From Tubulanus polymorphus (Eukaryota; Animalia; Nemertea): 64,000 nucleotides of DNA. The notes beneath the pieces are model-generated. The model did not search any database. It had not been told where the DNA came from and saw only the letters and a list, made by a program, of their open reading frames with translations. Both the position numbers and the translations under genes were made by a program. The stretch covers positions 14,392,655 to 14,456,654 of the forward strand of contig NC_134033.1 in NCBI RefSeq assembly GCF_964204645.1. The letters run 5' to 3'. Below are positions 1 to 14,125 of this stretch, piece by piece (position 1 is the stretch's first letter; the number at the start of each line of letters is the position of its first letter).

Positions 1-1020
1 TAAATCGAATGAAATTAAGATCGAACGCATTTAGAAACAACTATACCAAACAAGTAGATGAAGCTGATACCAGTATAGAAATACAGTCGTTTCTATATAT
101 GACAAAATCTTTCATACTTAACTCCCCTAATTCTCTGGCGAGACATATGTAAACGATAGATGCTGAAGTAAGGAATACAAACCTCATCCATACACGCGTC
201 GTCCCGGACACAATGTTAAAAGCCACATAGACAAACAACTATATACTTTGATTCCGATTTCAAAATCAAACCCCCTGTTTCGCTCCTGGCAGGTGTGTTG
301 GGTTTGTAAGGGACGCTGACTCAAAAAATCAAACGAAATCTACCAATGAAATAGATAACAGGGTTAATCCCTATTCTTAGATAAAAAAAAGCCAGAAAGC
401 GTGATTTGAATGAATGCGAATTGAAAACCCGTTAGATAGTCGATTCTTTGAGCGATCGGGTCACTGCTTATTTGTATTCCGCTCGTGTACAGATACGTGC
501 ATGATTTCTAACTAAGCCCCGTTCAAATCGTTTGTCTAATTTTTTCAGGTTCGTCGATTGTTCCTTCCTCTACGCTTCCCGGACGAAGACGAGACTGAAG
601 TGAACGTAACTTGTGAATGATGTCAATCGTCATTAAAAAAAAACCTTTAAATGACTTTCCCGGCCTTTCAAATCGATCTACTGATACGGAGACGAAACTC
701 TATCATTAGCAAACGACATTATTCCATTACGGCGCTTTGTTCACTGCTGCAAAACAATGATTTTTCTCAACTCGCGATTTCACCTGACTATAAAAATAGA
801 GATTTATTTTTGTCTAATGAAAGTTCTTCGGTTACACGTAAACGCGGAAATTAGTAGAATCCTAATATGGACAGTAACGTCGCTTGAAAAAATTCTTTTT
901 TTAACAATTATCAATTTCTTCGTACAATTCATTTGCCTTTTATATGTATAACTATAGTTTATCGTACGTGACACGTGAACAGAATGTAAACAACAAGTAT
1001 TTTCAAATGCACATATTATA

Positions 1021-4000
1021 TCAGGGCTTCCAGTGAAAATATTTCTGAACGATCGACTTCAAGGATTCGGACCAAGATGGATGTTCTTTCACATCCGTAT
1101 AGTTAAACATCAATAAATCAGTTTCGTAAACTTTACTGAGTCTGTGAATCGATCTCAGAGGAACGTCCTGATAAAATCGTTTCATTTTATTCGCCGTTCG
1201 TTTCGTGTCTGGAATGCCGAAGGTTTTCGCTAGTTGCGGTTTTATGTTCAACCAGTCTAGTATGACTGCTACGTCATCGCCTAGGGAATCCCCGTATCGG
1301 GCGATGACGTCGTAGTCTACGTAACAGGGGTGGCACAGATCTTGGTAGGTGCGCCAATGACGGTCCAGCGGAATACGCTTACGGTACGAATCGATGACGA
1401 ATCGCAGGAACTCGCGGAAGGAAACCCCGCGACCGGTTTTCAAGTCTAGTTCGTTCGGTTTCGTGCGATAGGTCCGTATGATGTAACGCCCGAATTTCTG
1501 CAGGAAGTAACGATCGTGCGATCTGGCCGTGAATTTATCCAGATACGTCGATAGGAGGCGCTCGAGTGGGTTGCGCACGACCATGAATTTGAAGTAGGTG
1601 CTGATGCGAGTATGGCGCTGGAGTGGCGTGTACGCGCCCAGATTTCGTAGGGAGTTCGTGTAGCGTCCATTGTGGACGTTAGCGCGGTCGATTCGCGAAA
1701 GATTAGCGGCGTTGATTTTACCGCTCGAGTGCAATAAGGTCCATTTCCAATTCGTCGAGCCGACCTTGGGGATCTCGCAGTACATGACCTTGTTCACGTC
1801 ATCTACTAGAATATGTCTCAGTGAATTTCCTCCTGTAAGATGAAGATAAGAACAAAATGTTGTATATTCCGGTTAAATTTCTGGATAGGACTAATAGCTT
1901 TTTATTTTCAAGTATCAATTTCTCACGATACACAATATCTACGTACCTGGCAGTTTCGTTCGCGGGCTGCTCCGCAGTTTACCGCAAATCGTTGACACTA
2001 GGTGTCGCCTTTCTCTGTATACTTGCTCGCGGCCTCGGAAAGAGTGCTTCATCATGTTCACCGCATTCAGATCAGTTCCCTGAAGAAGATTTTCATATAT
2101 ACGATTGCATGTTAGGCTAAACGGAACCTGAATCTTTGAAAAGAAAAGACGCGACTTCAGTTTCGTCATTAGAGAACTACCGAACTTGATATATAAGATA
2201 CCATTGCTTCAAAAGAGCAATGATGAGGCTAAAGAGGTTGATACCTTGTTTCTCTTTTCGGCTGAGCTAAAAAGCTGACCCGGCTGGCTGCATGTACCCT
2301 GTGCATGGTGTTTTTTTTTTCTAAATCTTGATCAAGCTAATCATAACAGACCCGGCAGCTAAAGAAATGAACAGTAATACATTCTATCGCAGTTTAGAAA
2401 ATGACCCGGCCGATTAGGAGAATCGAGGTATCATGTTTTAGAGCACCAGCCTAATCGTTTGTTTTATTATGCATCTCTTCCATTTGTTGATACAGGTATA
2501 TACGCATAGACCTGCACCACTTGTATTGACGTGCGCGGGTTAATCATACTGGAAAGCGCAGGTTGCAAACAAACCCCGCACAAAATCGGTCGGACGCCGG
2601 GTTTGCACCGGTACCGGTGAAACGCAACACGGCGGCGGTAATTTAGGAGGAGAAACTTTCGTTTTTTTTGTCTGTTACGGCGGTTGAACAGCTGGGTTAC
2701 AGCCACGAACATGTTCAGCGCCGCCGCTGTAACAGGAAACTGAAGAATGCGCAGCCATCCATCACTAAAAGATGTACCGCGCTCGTCGAGATCGTGATGT
2801 TTTAATGTGTTGTTACGAATTGAACTCTATTCTCTATCGTCTAATGAAATGTCTCAATCAATATCACACTACAAGTGCCGGATATATTGGACGGTTCTGA
2901 AAGCTAGGATTGAGCTATAAGATGATGCTCACAACCCTAAGAGTTAAATCCTTTTAAATAAACAACTTGAATAAACTAGTGAACACATCTTTGACTTTAA
3001 CCCTGGGAATTTGAATTCGACCACAGAACTGGCAGAATACCGCAAATTGATTTTCATTCGAAAAATCTAATTTATAAGTTTGAATGTGATGCTAGCAATG
3101 ATGGTGGACCTTTCTTCGAGAAGGGTGTGTGCAAGAATCCATGCTAAGACAACATCCCGTCTTTTGGGTAGTAGGCCTCGATCTAGCCCTGTGGGTAAGT
3201 GCTAGCTTCCCTCCCTTCGTCAAGACTCGCTGTTCCTGGGGTGTTATACATATAAACTACAAACAGCCAGGCCTAACCTGCATGGAAAACACAGTAATCT
3301 CTTCATAAAAAAAAGACAAAATGAAATCATCCACTTGTTGCAAGTTAGATTTATATACATTAACAAAGCCGATCCGTGAAACCTCTTGATAATATACCGA
3401 ATTGTTGTTTACCTAAAAACGTATATATCTGTATCTACGGTGTCGACATGAGGGTAATGACTGTTTGCTAGAGGCTCTAGGTTGTATTTACCTCTGAAAC
3501 TAGACGATAAACCGCGTCCACGATAAAACATATCAGTAGACAGAAAAACAAATAACAAATACACCGCGAAATATATAGCACAACATCGAGATTGAGATAG
3601 AGAAATACGCTTCGAGATGGAGGAAAAAGAAAGGGGGGAGAGGAAGGGAATGAGGATAAAATGCCGCGATCGCGAATCGAAATAGACAACAACGGAGAAA
3701 ATAGAACTCGATATTTCCCACGGTTCATGAGGACGAAACGTTGTCGTTGTGCGTGTCAGATGGTGTTCTTCTTTCATCGCCGTTTTGTACACGGTTCTAC
3801 CCGCGTGATAATGTCAAACGTCAATTTAGCGTCTCGGTGTCGACTTTCTGATTCTGTGTTGTCCTCGTAACGTCAGTTCTTTCATCAGTTGATGAAGATG
3901 AAAATCGCTCGACGTCTGCGCTCGGTCGCCTGTCCTAACGCGAACCACCTTGCATGAACTGCAGGGATGAGATCGATGTTTGGCAAGATTTTCAGATTTT

Positions 4001-7000
4001 TTTGAAGCCGTCAAAATCGGTACAAAATGTTTATATACGTTGATACCTACGTATTATGCGTTATTGAGCGGTTCAGTGTGAGTCGATGTGCACTACGTCA
4101 TCAATATTGACGTTTCAAAATAACAATTACAATCTTGACATTCGGCATCTATTTTTCACTTTAACTTATTTCGTGACTAATAAGTTTGATAATTAGTTTG
4201 TGAAAGGATGTGCACTACGTCATCAATACATCGGGGCTAGACTGGTTGCCGGTCAATCAATTCAATAATCAATATTTTCAAATAGCAAAACAGTGCAAAG
4301 GCGCCACGTTCTATCAGGTTGACAGACTTAAGTTCCAAAACAATATACCTTGGTGAAGAAAAGCACAAGCCACTGCGCGTTGATGATTCATCAAAATCAT
4401 TTTTTCCTGGAAACTAAAGATTTCACGGATTTTTGTAGATTTTCACATATCTTCACTTAAACGTGATCCTCGAAATAGCGAAAGTGCACTAACGGTATAT
4501 CCGTTAGAAAAATCCCATATATTCATACGACCTTTCCACGCGTAACATCACAGTATAAATACATTTAAACGGTGACATATGTTATTTATTAAACGCGCAA
4601 TTAGGCTCATAATTCCACAATTATTCAGTCACAACCTCATCAATTAATGCGTGACACAATGTTTAGTCACCATTTAGTCCACAATTATGATTAGATTACT
4701 TATACATGAAACTTAGCAGCTATTTGCCAGCAAGATACGACTATTCCGACCCAAGATCTAGTTGTAGGTCAATGGGATGAGTTGTAATGTTGTTGGGGCC
4801 TTTTAGTTTTCACAATATCCAATCATAAGAGGGCTCTCCAATTTTCTTCTGTCGCCTTTTTTGTTAAATAGTTTTCATCACCCAACACACTTGTCTATCT
4901 AAAAAAAATTACGCCAGGCTTCTTATGAAATGAATTGAATCCGGCATAGCCTTCACAGTTGGCAAACAAATAGATTTTGATAGACATTTAATGGAATTAG
5001 CTCCAAATATATCAATATTTGATCAAATATTGGTACCGGGAGCTATTATGGGAAAAGTGAATAAATGTGGCTACGAGCACGCCCGAATGTCTATGGCACC
5101 CTGTGGGCCAATCCCACCGTTTAATTAGTCATTTTATCGTACTACCAGAAGCTAATTAGACAAATTATGATTATTCCCTGTGTACAGCCGGACGCAGGAA
5201 ACGAAATTAATCACTTCAGATGATAATTGCCGATATGAACCGATTCGGGACGGAACGGCGCCTCCCAGATATCGGCGGTCTAAGCTCAGCGAACTCCCGT
5301 CAGGAACTTGAACCGAGATAGAGCTATAACTGGACGCGGCGATGACAAGTTGAGATAAATGTATCGATAGAATTTGTTCTCTTCTCGATGTTTCCGCTGG
5401 TGTTGTGCGGCTCACGCTGCGCGGCTTCGTACTGTTCGTTCGCTAAATCCCCGACAGAATTACGTTCGACTATGACCGTTCTCTCGTCTGAATGCCGGAT
5501 GGACAACAACGTTACTGTGTCCGGATTAAAATGACGTCATCATAAATCCGGTCTTCCGAGATCGTAATATCTCGTAATTCGTGCCGACATGGAATATCTG
5601 TTGGCAGCAATTCGTATGTTTGAGTGTGGTATGTTAGCCAGAAGTTCTTGCACTCCAGACAGACACGATGTTTGGTCGCATACCTCACTGCCCACTCTGC
5701 ACATAACAACCGTGCTTCTGCGATTCTAGAAATTCTGTAAATTCTGTAACTGAATTGTATAATCCGTTTTTCGGTTTCAGAATCTAAGCCTACTCGTTCG
5801 TTCCCGGTCGGCAGTGGGTTTGCAAAAAGCTCGTCAAAGCACAGCTCAAGACATTTCTGTTCAAGTCACCATCTTCGTCTGGAGAGCGCCTTTGATAATA
5901 GCCCTGCTATTTACAAGGCGCTATAGAAATTTACAATCCTATCCTATCCTATCCTAAATGAATAAGAGTTTATCAGGTTCATGAGCGATCATATGGCTTT
6001 AATTTATTTTTCCTTCCCCATTTCCACATCTGTAATTGGACCATAGGAAAATCAACTTCTTCACTTCTTTTACATCTTCCAAAATGGATAGATAATCATT
6101 TTGTAGAAATGTAGATAGACTTTGTTGCGGTCCCGTTTTTTTCAAAGATTGAATCGAAAGCTCTGCCGATGATTTGTGCATCAATCCCTTTTTTAAATTT
6201 CGGGACGTAAAACTCATCTACTGCCATTGCTTACGGCAGAACGGGGAACGGTTGAAAAATGATAGAATAAATGAAACACCTAAGTCGACATCGATGAGAT
6301 ATCCGAGGTAGCTGTTTATATTGACATTATAAAATCGACTTAGCCGTACACGATATAGACTTGATACATTTTCACTTTTATTCAGTATACCACGCAGTGT
6401 AGGTGATTCACGGGGTAATCGGAGGAGTTATAAAATCCCTTTGCGTCTCTAGGAATACAATAATACGACTTATAAGAACACAAAGCATGTAACCTTCTGC
6501 GTTTAAGCGTCGTCGAGATGAAGGGTTTCAAATAACTGTCTCTACTGCTTATCTCTCTCCTGAAATAACCGAATCCGTTCACCGCCCACCGACTAGAGAA
6601 ATTATCATGCTACACGCAACATGTTTCAGTATTTTTTCCATCAGCTTACGGCATAAGAATACTAACTATAGACTCCCTTGTATTCGACCAGGCGAAGATG
6701 TCGATATATGCCCTAATCATCATCGTCGTCATCTCGACTTCAATAACCATTGGAAAACCTCTTCAAAGCTATTTCCAAATCTCGATGTAGTTATAAATTG
6801 GACAGCCAACAAAGAATGAACCCCGGTCGCTTGCCGGTTCAGGGTCGATGGGGAGTTCTGAGGGTCAAACCGGTGCATCTCCGTCCCTGTCAAACAAACG
6901 ATGACGTCACGCGTATCGAGCGGAATAGAATTTCGACCTTCCCTCGCAACCAGCAACAACCCTAGCTACAACTACGATATTCGTTAAACCTTTAAATGTG

Positions 7001-7828
7001 AATGGAGTTCAACAGAAATCGCGATTGCATATTGGAGAACGTTTAAACTTTAAACAATTCTAAACTCCATTTACGCAACGTTCAGAATCTATGTCAAATG
7101 GCAGCGTATAGGCAAAGAGTAACGGACTTTGTAGTAGACCATAAATCTGGCAGGGAAAAAACCGATTCGATTGTCTTAGCAGTTTGTTCACGATTTGTCC
7201 GTTACTCGATAGATAGTCTACGTGTAGTAAACGTATATATAAATGCCAATCTGTGAAAAGCATTTAATGCAAAATGCGAGCGAAATTAGTTCTTCCGTGT
7301 TGTTGCAATTACCTACAACTATGTGTGCTATAATATATGTATGCGTAGATGACATTTCGAGAGTCTATTAGCAAATCTACGTACGCCGTATATAATCCCA
7401 GTGCATATACATCATCGCGTCGGGGTATTGTGACAACTACGTTCTTATTGTTTTTATTGATAACCCCTCCGTAATTAAAGGCAAACAACGATCAGAATTC
7501 CGTACTGGTTACTGCTGAGGCTACTACACGATTTCACAGCACTTATACCGCCCTCTACGCAAACCCCTTGAGCACCCACGTCGGCGCTGACTCCGAAGGA
7601 CTAGCCCTTCAATTTATTGTCATCGCATATCTAAACCATTGGCTAAAAAGGATTTCACCATCTTCTACCCTCGCTAGTACTCGATAGAAGACTCTCTGTT
7701 TCGTGACCTACCTGTAACGATCTCAAATCCTGGAACACTAATCCGGGCCGCAATACAAGCACGACGCTAGTCATCACCACTCCGCCGATTAGGTAGAGTA
7801 GTATCCGAGCCGGTCGAAATCTCATCAT
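1021..7828 (-). CDS. Golgi carbohydrate sulfotransferase (Sulfotransfer_2 family, CHST8-14/HNK-1ST-like); coding exons 7828-7712, 2127-1947, 1832-1021
   Basis: Exon 1 MMRFRPARILLYLIGGVVMTSVVLVL is a type II signal anchor. GT-AG junctions are phase-compatible (LQ|VPFS phase 0; KLP-G|GNSLRHILVDD phase 1). The 5'-PSB motif YCEIPKVGSTNWK, the 3'-PB motif VRNPLERLLSTY, the HWR...LCHPC motif and the C-terminal YETDLLMFNY are present. Confidence 0.9.
5880..5956 (+). mobile_element. 3' tail of an L2-type LINE/SINE (stem-loop plus short tandem tail) inside the sulfotransferase intron
   Basis: GAGCGCCTTTG...CAAGGCGCTATAGAAAT stem-loop followed by (ATCCT)n, the usual layout of L2-clade 3' ends. Confidence 0.55.
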
Positions 7829-9495
7829 TCGCTCCAGTGTATCGCGCTTCGGCGGCGGTGGCGATGGAGCAGGTTTATTACTACTACTACTACTGTTACC
7901 GTGCTGAAATAAACGACACGTGAGCTGCTTCACCGACGCATTTACAACAACAAGAATTTAAAAGCGCTTTTCGGTTTTCAAAACGAAGCAGTAATTCCGG
8001 TATAGATGAAACGCACTAATCAACCGAGTACGTGTTCGCGATCGAAGCGAAATGCCACGATTGACAGAACGTTTAGAAATTACCGGAGTTTATTGACACC
8101 AAAACCTCAACCCGATGATGGCTGTTTTAGCAACTCACGGGAAACCCGGCACTAGGAGACGGAAACATGTTTACTTAAGTGAAAAAAGACATGGCATTAG
8201 GTAACAATGTTTCCGAGATCTAAACATTTTTCATGATTCCGCGTTTCCTTGTTTCTGTCGTAAGGAAACTTCTAAAACGTTGCGATGCCAATAACTTTAT
8301 AACATAAACATTTCGCTTCGATTTCCGTATAGAAACGTTGTCTTACCTCTCTTACCATTTGCCAAACGTCTGGTTACAGTAAAGTACCACGCGCAATCGC
8401 CGCAGTTTCTATTCTTAAGGCGAAATACAACAAGTATCTATATACCCTTCGAGCGTGTTCGGAGTAACGTCAATGATATTTGAAAACGTGAAATACTGGC
8501 CTCGGTCGTCTTCGTTAGTTAAACGATCTCTTTGATAGTTCTATCTACATTCCCTTACGCAACACTAACTATATCCGGCGGTTCACCGCGATTAAGTTGC
8601 TTAATTGAATAAGACGGTTTTGAATCGATTCGAGTCGAACCCTCACTTGTCAGACGTTAACTATTTTCTAACTTCGTCACAATCGATGATAAATCTCTGG
8701 AAATCACCAGACAACGTTTCCGTCTTGTAGGTCATAAAACGTAAAAAATCCGCAATTATAAATTGACTAAGATGTCTAGGATATACATAGAAATATTTTC
8801 TAGGATATCACAATTCTGATAGCATGCCATGTAAACTTTTTAGTCAATTTACAATCGTTAAGACTGCGTGATGTGAGATCTAACAGCGAACAGCCTTCTC
8901 TTCACCTTTTCGGCTTTACCTATACCAATTGTGTCTGGTATTTTCTTTTCTGGTTGGCTTCCAGCTGGTGCCCGCCACCGACACCAACATCTGTCTCGCT
9001 AGGTTTTAATGAAAATGTTAATTGGGGCTTCATTACAAATCGATAATGGATCCATCTGGTAATTAATGAAAGTTTATTCTCTTCGTTTAAACACATGCGC
9101 ATATACGTTTACAAAATACATAAGATATGAGAGCAAAAAATAGCCGATAACCGAAGTTCATCGATAGCGTCGAGATTATCTAAGTACATTGTAGGTCCTA
9201 TCTATTTCTGCCATGTGCCTCATGTCTAGATTCGTGAGAAATTTTAGACTTAAACTTAAAATACATAAAGAATTGACTCCAAATAATGGATTCAGAGGCG
9301 CTGCAATTTACAGCGATTATTGTAAGACACTATATCTAAATTTGAAAGAAAATTGCTACTGAAATTACAACATGCCGATGTCGTATAATAGCCGGTTGGA
9401 AAAGATGAAATAATCGATGATTCTTATGTAACGAATGTGCGATCTATACGCATTTTGTCGGTAGCCGACGCAACACGCAGCTGATCGAAGTCCGA

Positions 9496-10566
9496 ATGAA
9501 CTCAACCTTAGCGCGAAGCGATAACTGGTGTTTAGAATGGTTGAAGCAAGAACCGAACGAAAGATGGGATTACAAATTTAGCGTTCTCATCTATCTAGCA
9601 TTCTACGGACCGGTCACTGTGTTGGCGATTTTGTCGAATATTTTCACTCTCGTTGTTCTGGGGAGGATGAATTCGGCCGCTTGTTACCTCATAAAAATAC
9701 TGGCTATAAACGACGTGTTTTACGCGTCGACAGTTTTCGTCATGTACCCGCTGCGCACGGCTCACGTGTTCATGGCTGTCGGTAGGTTACTATTCCACGT
9801 GGACGACTGGCACTTCGGTTTAGAGTTCATCCTAGTCACTGAAGGTCTGTTTAATTTGAGTATCATATTGAGAAACTGGTCTGTGGTTTTGTTGGGTTTT
9901 GAACGAATGGTCGTCGTCGTTTTTCCGCTGAAATCGCGAACATTTTGGACACGAAAAACAGTAAACGTTTTCGTTACTATCATCTACACAATAGCGATAC
10001 TTATAAGTTTCCCGTTTATCATCCCTGCATACAGGATTTACAGGACTAGTTGCATCAAAAATCGGGGTCCTTATTTCTACAGGCGTGACCCAGGTAATTA
10101 CAAATGGGCCGTGGACTACTTTCAAGACTGGGCGATATTTAGTTCCAGATGGCTAGTTGTAACCTGGGTTATATTTGCACCTATTTCGAGTTTAATAGCT
10201 GTAAACTCAGTAATAGCTATTACACTAATCATCGGTAAAACAAAACAACAAAATATCATCAGTCATAATTCTCAACAAACAACGAAGATGTCGATGGAGC
10301 AGGCGTCATTTTTTAAAATGGCCGCTGCTATTGTCGTTTGCTTCATTGTGTTCGAGGCTCCACTAGCATTAGCGAAACTTCTAGAAGACAAAATAGGACC
10401 GATGAAATTCATGATCGTAATGAAAATATCGTACGGTTTGAGCGTGGTCGATTCGTGTTTCAATTTCTTTATCTACTGCTCAACGAATACAAAATTCAAA
10501 ATGGCCGCCACAGAGACTTTATATAGACATCTACCGTTTTTGCAAAACAAGATATTAACCCCATGA
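9496..10566 (+). CDS. Intronless rhodopsin-family GPCR (FMRFamide-receptor/Srw-like orphan), 356 aa
   Basis: Seven hydrophobic segments; TM1 SN, TM2 LAIND, TM3 ERM..V.FPL, TM6 CFIVFEAP, TM7 DSCFNFFIY. Confidence 0.9.
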   Translation: MNSTLARSDNWCLEWLKQEPNERWDYKFSVLIYLAFYGPVTVLAILSNIFTLVVLGRMNSAACYLIKILAINDVFYASTVFVMYPLRTAHVFMAVGRLLFHVDDWHFGLEFILVTEGLFNLSIILRNWSVVLLGFERMVVVVFPLKSRTFWTRKTVNVFVTIIYTIAILISFPFIIPAYRIYRTSCIKNRGPYFYRRDPGNYKWAVDYFQDWAIFSSRWLVVTWVIFAPISSLIAVNSVIAITLIIGKTKQQNIISHNSQQTTKMSMEQASFFKMAAAIVVCFIVFEAPLALAKLLEDKIGPMKFMIVMKISYGLSVVDSCFNFFIYCSTNTKFKMAATETLYRHLPFLQNKILTP

Positions 10567-11182
10567 AATGATCATTGTTCGTTAATGCCTGTTTTAGTTC
10601 CAATGGACACAGTCCTAGAACTGCAAAACATATTCAATATACATGAAAGACGAATGTGACATTCTTACACTGCAAACTATATAAGCACCCCATGATTCGA
10701 ACCCAAATCCAGGTTGACGAAGCTAAAACGTGAAAGTTTCCACATTCAATCCAATGTTCTTAATTTACATAAATCATCAAAAATATTATAAAAGAAAATG
10801 TCTGATTGATGGACGACGACCACGATTTGGTCGCATAAGAGCTTCAAAATAACTAACACATTTTTCTTTCAAAAGGGAACTTTCACGAATTTAATAGGCC
10901 ATTCACCTAAATCATATTGTGTTACCACAATGGAAGTCAGATAACTTATAATGCTAAGTATAATTCCACTTTAGAGTCTGATGCTGAAATTGAACTGATC
11001 CTAGAACTGCCAAACAAATCTAACATGCATTGAATGCATAGAAAAATACTAAAATTAGGCACGCAATCTACGTATATCATATATACGGTACAGTAAACTA
11101 TTTAAAAGTATCCCGAAGAGGAAAACTTTCGACCAAAAACACTGTTATCTATGTCTTAAAACTCAATATGTGTTGTTTACTA

Positions 11183-11388
11183 TTAATAATAATAATAATA
11201 ATAATCTTTATTTTTCAAAGAAATTGAAACAATTTATAACATGATATCCATACATAAATATAAATAAGTATAAAATGTGCCAATATCAAATGAAGGAACC
11301 CAGTGAAGCAAATGCTTGTAGATCTGGGCACCCACTCTACACACACTCATTCTTCACAAGCATGCAGACATTCACAGATTCACACACA
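11183..11388 (-). mobile_element. Probable LINE 3' UTR remnant
   Basis: On the minus strand, the GGGTGCCCAG...AAGCATTTGCTT...CTGGGTTCC stem-loop is followed by AATAAAG and an (ATT)n tail. Confidence 0.35.
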
Positions 11389-11415
11389 ATTATTATTATT
11401 ATTATTATTATTATG

Positions 11416-11504
<89 letters not shown>

Positions 11505-11505
11505 G

Positions 11506-11536
<31 letters not shown>

Positions 11537-11540
11537 TATT
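11389..11540. repeat. (ATT)n microsatellite
   Basis: Seen directly; it produces the spurious poly-Ile ORF 11275-11553. Confidence 0.97.
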
Positions 11541-11859
11541 GATAATACGATGATTGTATATTTGTATGTATTAAAGTCGGCAGAAGACATATTGTATAGT
11601 TTCAAAAGACTTTCGACCACCGCTAGGATTCGAACCACATTCCGCTAACGAAGCTTGGGCGTTAAAGGTTGCACAATTCCCTACGCTGCACTTCATTAGC
11701 GTTCATCGTCCAAAATAAAAAAGACATATGGCTCATAAGTACTTAGTCGATCATCTATGACATGCAGTTTTGGTCCAATTCTCAAACTGAAGTCAAAAAG
11801 TTAAAAACACTGTTAAAAGGCTTTTTTTTATGTGAAAATATATATTCTGCATAACGAGC

Positions 11860-11930
11860 AAAATCTATAGCGGAACTAAAAAAGAATAATCTTAAAAATC
11901 TATAGCGGAACTAAAAAAGAATAATCTTAA
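11860..11930. repeat. 35-bp tandem duplication
   Basis: AAAATCTATAGCGGAACTAAAAAAGAATAATCTTA occurs twice in tandem. Confidence 0.9.
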
Positions 11931-12368
11931 GAATCAAAATGATAGGACAGCTTTGACTAATATTCTATGATATGATAGCAAAACATACTTAATTTTAACA
12001 GTTTGTGTAGCCGTTATTGAAAATGCGTAGGCATTGTCTGAGAAATCACTCAGACCAAGTTTCGACGAAATTTATGACACGAAACAGAAATTTATGGACG
12101 ACGACTGCGATTTGGTCGCAATAGGGCTTCAAAATAAATAGCATATTTTTTCAAAACGGATCTCTTCCGAAATAAATATATCTATTCACATAAATTATTG
12201 TGTCACTATAATGGAAGCCGAATAAAGCAAGATGTCGAATAAAATCCAACTTTTTCTACCATTTGATTGCGTATGAATGTATCGAGGCTGTCATGTCTCA
12301 AAAAGCATTTTCTTATTTGTAGGTTTCTTTAATCTTGAATAACTTCTCAATGAAAACGTTTATACATC

Positions 12369-13445
12369 TTATGAAAACCGATGATTTTTCTCACAACAAA
12401 TCGGAAAACACTGACGTAAAATATCAATGGCGGCCATCTTGAATTGTGTATTCGTTATGCAGTAAACGAAAAAATTAAAACACGAATCCGTCACAGTCAA
12501 ACCGTACGATATTTTCAATAAGATCATAGTCATCTCGTGCCGTATTTTCGTTTGAAGAAGTTTAGTTAACGCGAGCGGAGCCTCGAACACAATATAACAG
12601 ACGACAATAGCGGCGGCCATTTTGAAAAAAGCAGTCTGTCTGGTCGTTGTTTTTGTTTGTTGATGATGTCGCTTGTGATTGGTAATTTTTCGTTGTTTTG
12701 TTTTACCGATGATGAGTGCAACAGCGATTACTGAGTTTATGACTAATAAACTCAATATAGGTGCAAATATAACCCAGGTTACAACTAACCATTTGGAGCT
12801 AAATATCCCCCAGTCTTCAAAATTATCCGCGAACCATTTGTAATTACCTGGGTCACGCCTGTAGAAATATGGACCCCGATCTTTGATGCAACTAGTCCTG
12901 TAAATCCTGTATCCAGGGATAATAAAGGGGACACTTATGAATATCGCTATTGTGTAGATGATAGTAACAAAAACGTTTACTGTTTTTCGTGTCCAAAATG
13001 TTCGCGATTTCAGCGGAAAAACGACGACGACCATTCGTTCAAAACTCAACAAAACCACAGACCAGTTTCTCAATATGATACTCAAATTAAACAGACCTTC
13101 AGTAACTAGGATGAACTCTAAACCGAAGTGCCAGTCGTCCACGTGGAATAGTAACCTACCGACGGCCATGAACACGTGAGCCGTGCGCAGCGGGTACATG
13201 ACGAAAACTGTCGACGCGTAAAACACGTCGTTTATAGCCAGTATTTTGATGAGGTAACAAGCGGCCGAATTCATCCTCCCCAGAACAACGAGAGTGAAAA
13301 TATTCGACAAAATCGCCAACACAGTGACCGGTCCGTAGAATGCTAGATAGATGAGAACGCTAAATTTGTAATCCCATCTTTCGGTCATTTCCCACTTCAA
13401 CCATTCTAAACACCAGTTATGTCTGAAAACTGTTGACTGATTCAT
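12369..13445 (-). CDS. Intronless rhodopsin-family GPCR, paralog of 9496-10566, 358 aa
   Basis: Same motifs as the + strand copy; nearly identical to it from ERWDY to VTWVIFAPI. Confidence 0.9.
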   Translation of the reverse strand: MNQSTVFRHNWCLEWLKWEMTERWDYKFSVLIYLAFYGPVTVLAILSNIFTLVVLGRMNSAACYLIKILAINDVFYASTVFVMYPLRTAHVFMAVGRLLFHVDDWHFGLEFILVTEGLFNLSIILRNWSVVLLSFERMVVVVFPLKSRTFWTRKTVNVFVTIIYTIAIFISVPFIIPGYRIYRTSCIKDRGPYFYRRDPGNYKWFADNFEDWGIFSSKWLVVTWVIFAPILSLLVINSVIAVALIIGKTKQRKITNHKRHHQQTKTTTRQTAFFKMAAAIVVCYIVFEAPLALTKLLQTKIRHEMTMILLKISYGLTVTDSCFNFFVYCITNTQFKMAAIDILRQCFPICCEKNHRFS

Positions 13446-14125
13446 TTTGATTCCGACTCAGTCTCTTTGATCCAGTCAATTACACTTCTAAATCTAGTAT
13501 ACACTGATTACACCCGGATCTTCCTCATATGTGCATTAACAATTTTTTGGTTGGCCGCGAGCCATTTGCGGCACTAATTCAATTTCGTCTGAATTCATTT
13601 CAGAATCCATTACGTAAAGTATGTTTCTAAAGTAAAAATGATGGCTATGTTAGATGCAGCCTTAAATGGATATTGTAACATTTTTATCACATGTAAATAA
13701 GCAATTTTTGGACACACTTTATATATCGTTTTAACTCGTTGTTGTTTGTCGCTACCTACCACACTCACCTGCCGTACCTGCCCTTTTTAGTTTCCTCTCA
13801 ACGGAACAGTTAAAAGAAACGACATGAGTTTCGTGCTTGCTGTTAACAATCCCCACTACAACACACGGCCTCCGCTTGATGGAAATCCGGAGTAACGCGA
13901 CAGAAATAATGAAGTAAAACTCAGTTTTCAGTTACTGCTACGGAGTATATTGATCTAAGTACACGTAAGGTGCACGACGCCAAAGGCGCTTTTTGTCAGA
14001 TGCCCAAGGAGTGCTTTTAATATTGGCATAAAAACGGATGTAATTTTCACGTTCCTCAAATCACCGGTCCCACGAAATTGTGCCTTCATTTCGCTGCAAT
14101 GTGGCCTCGAATGAAAATTGTGCGA

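Noticed and set aside
3866-3890. Similarity to 33812-33835 (MKELTL in both ORFs)
   Set aside because: Under 20 bp of similarity with no extension; treated as chance.
5152-5709. Cluster of short minus-strand ORFs in the sulfotransferase intron
   Set aside because: No recognisable domain and no consistent splice chain; the flanking exons already join in phase.
11275-11553. Poly-Ile ORF
   Set aside because: Translation of the (ATT)n microsatellite.
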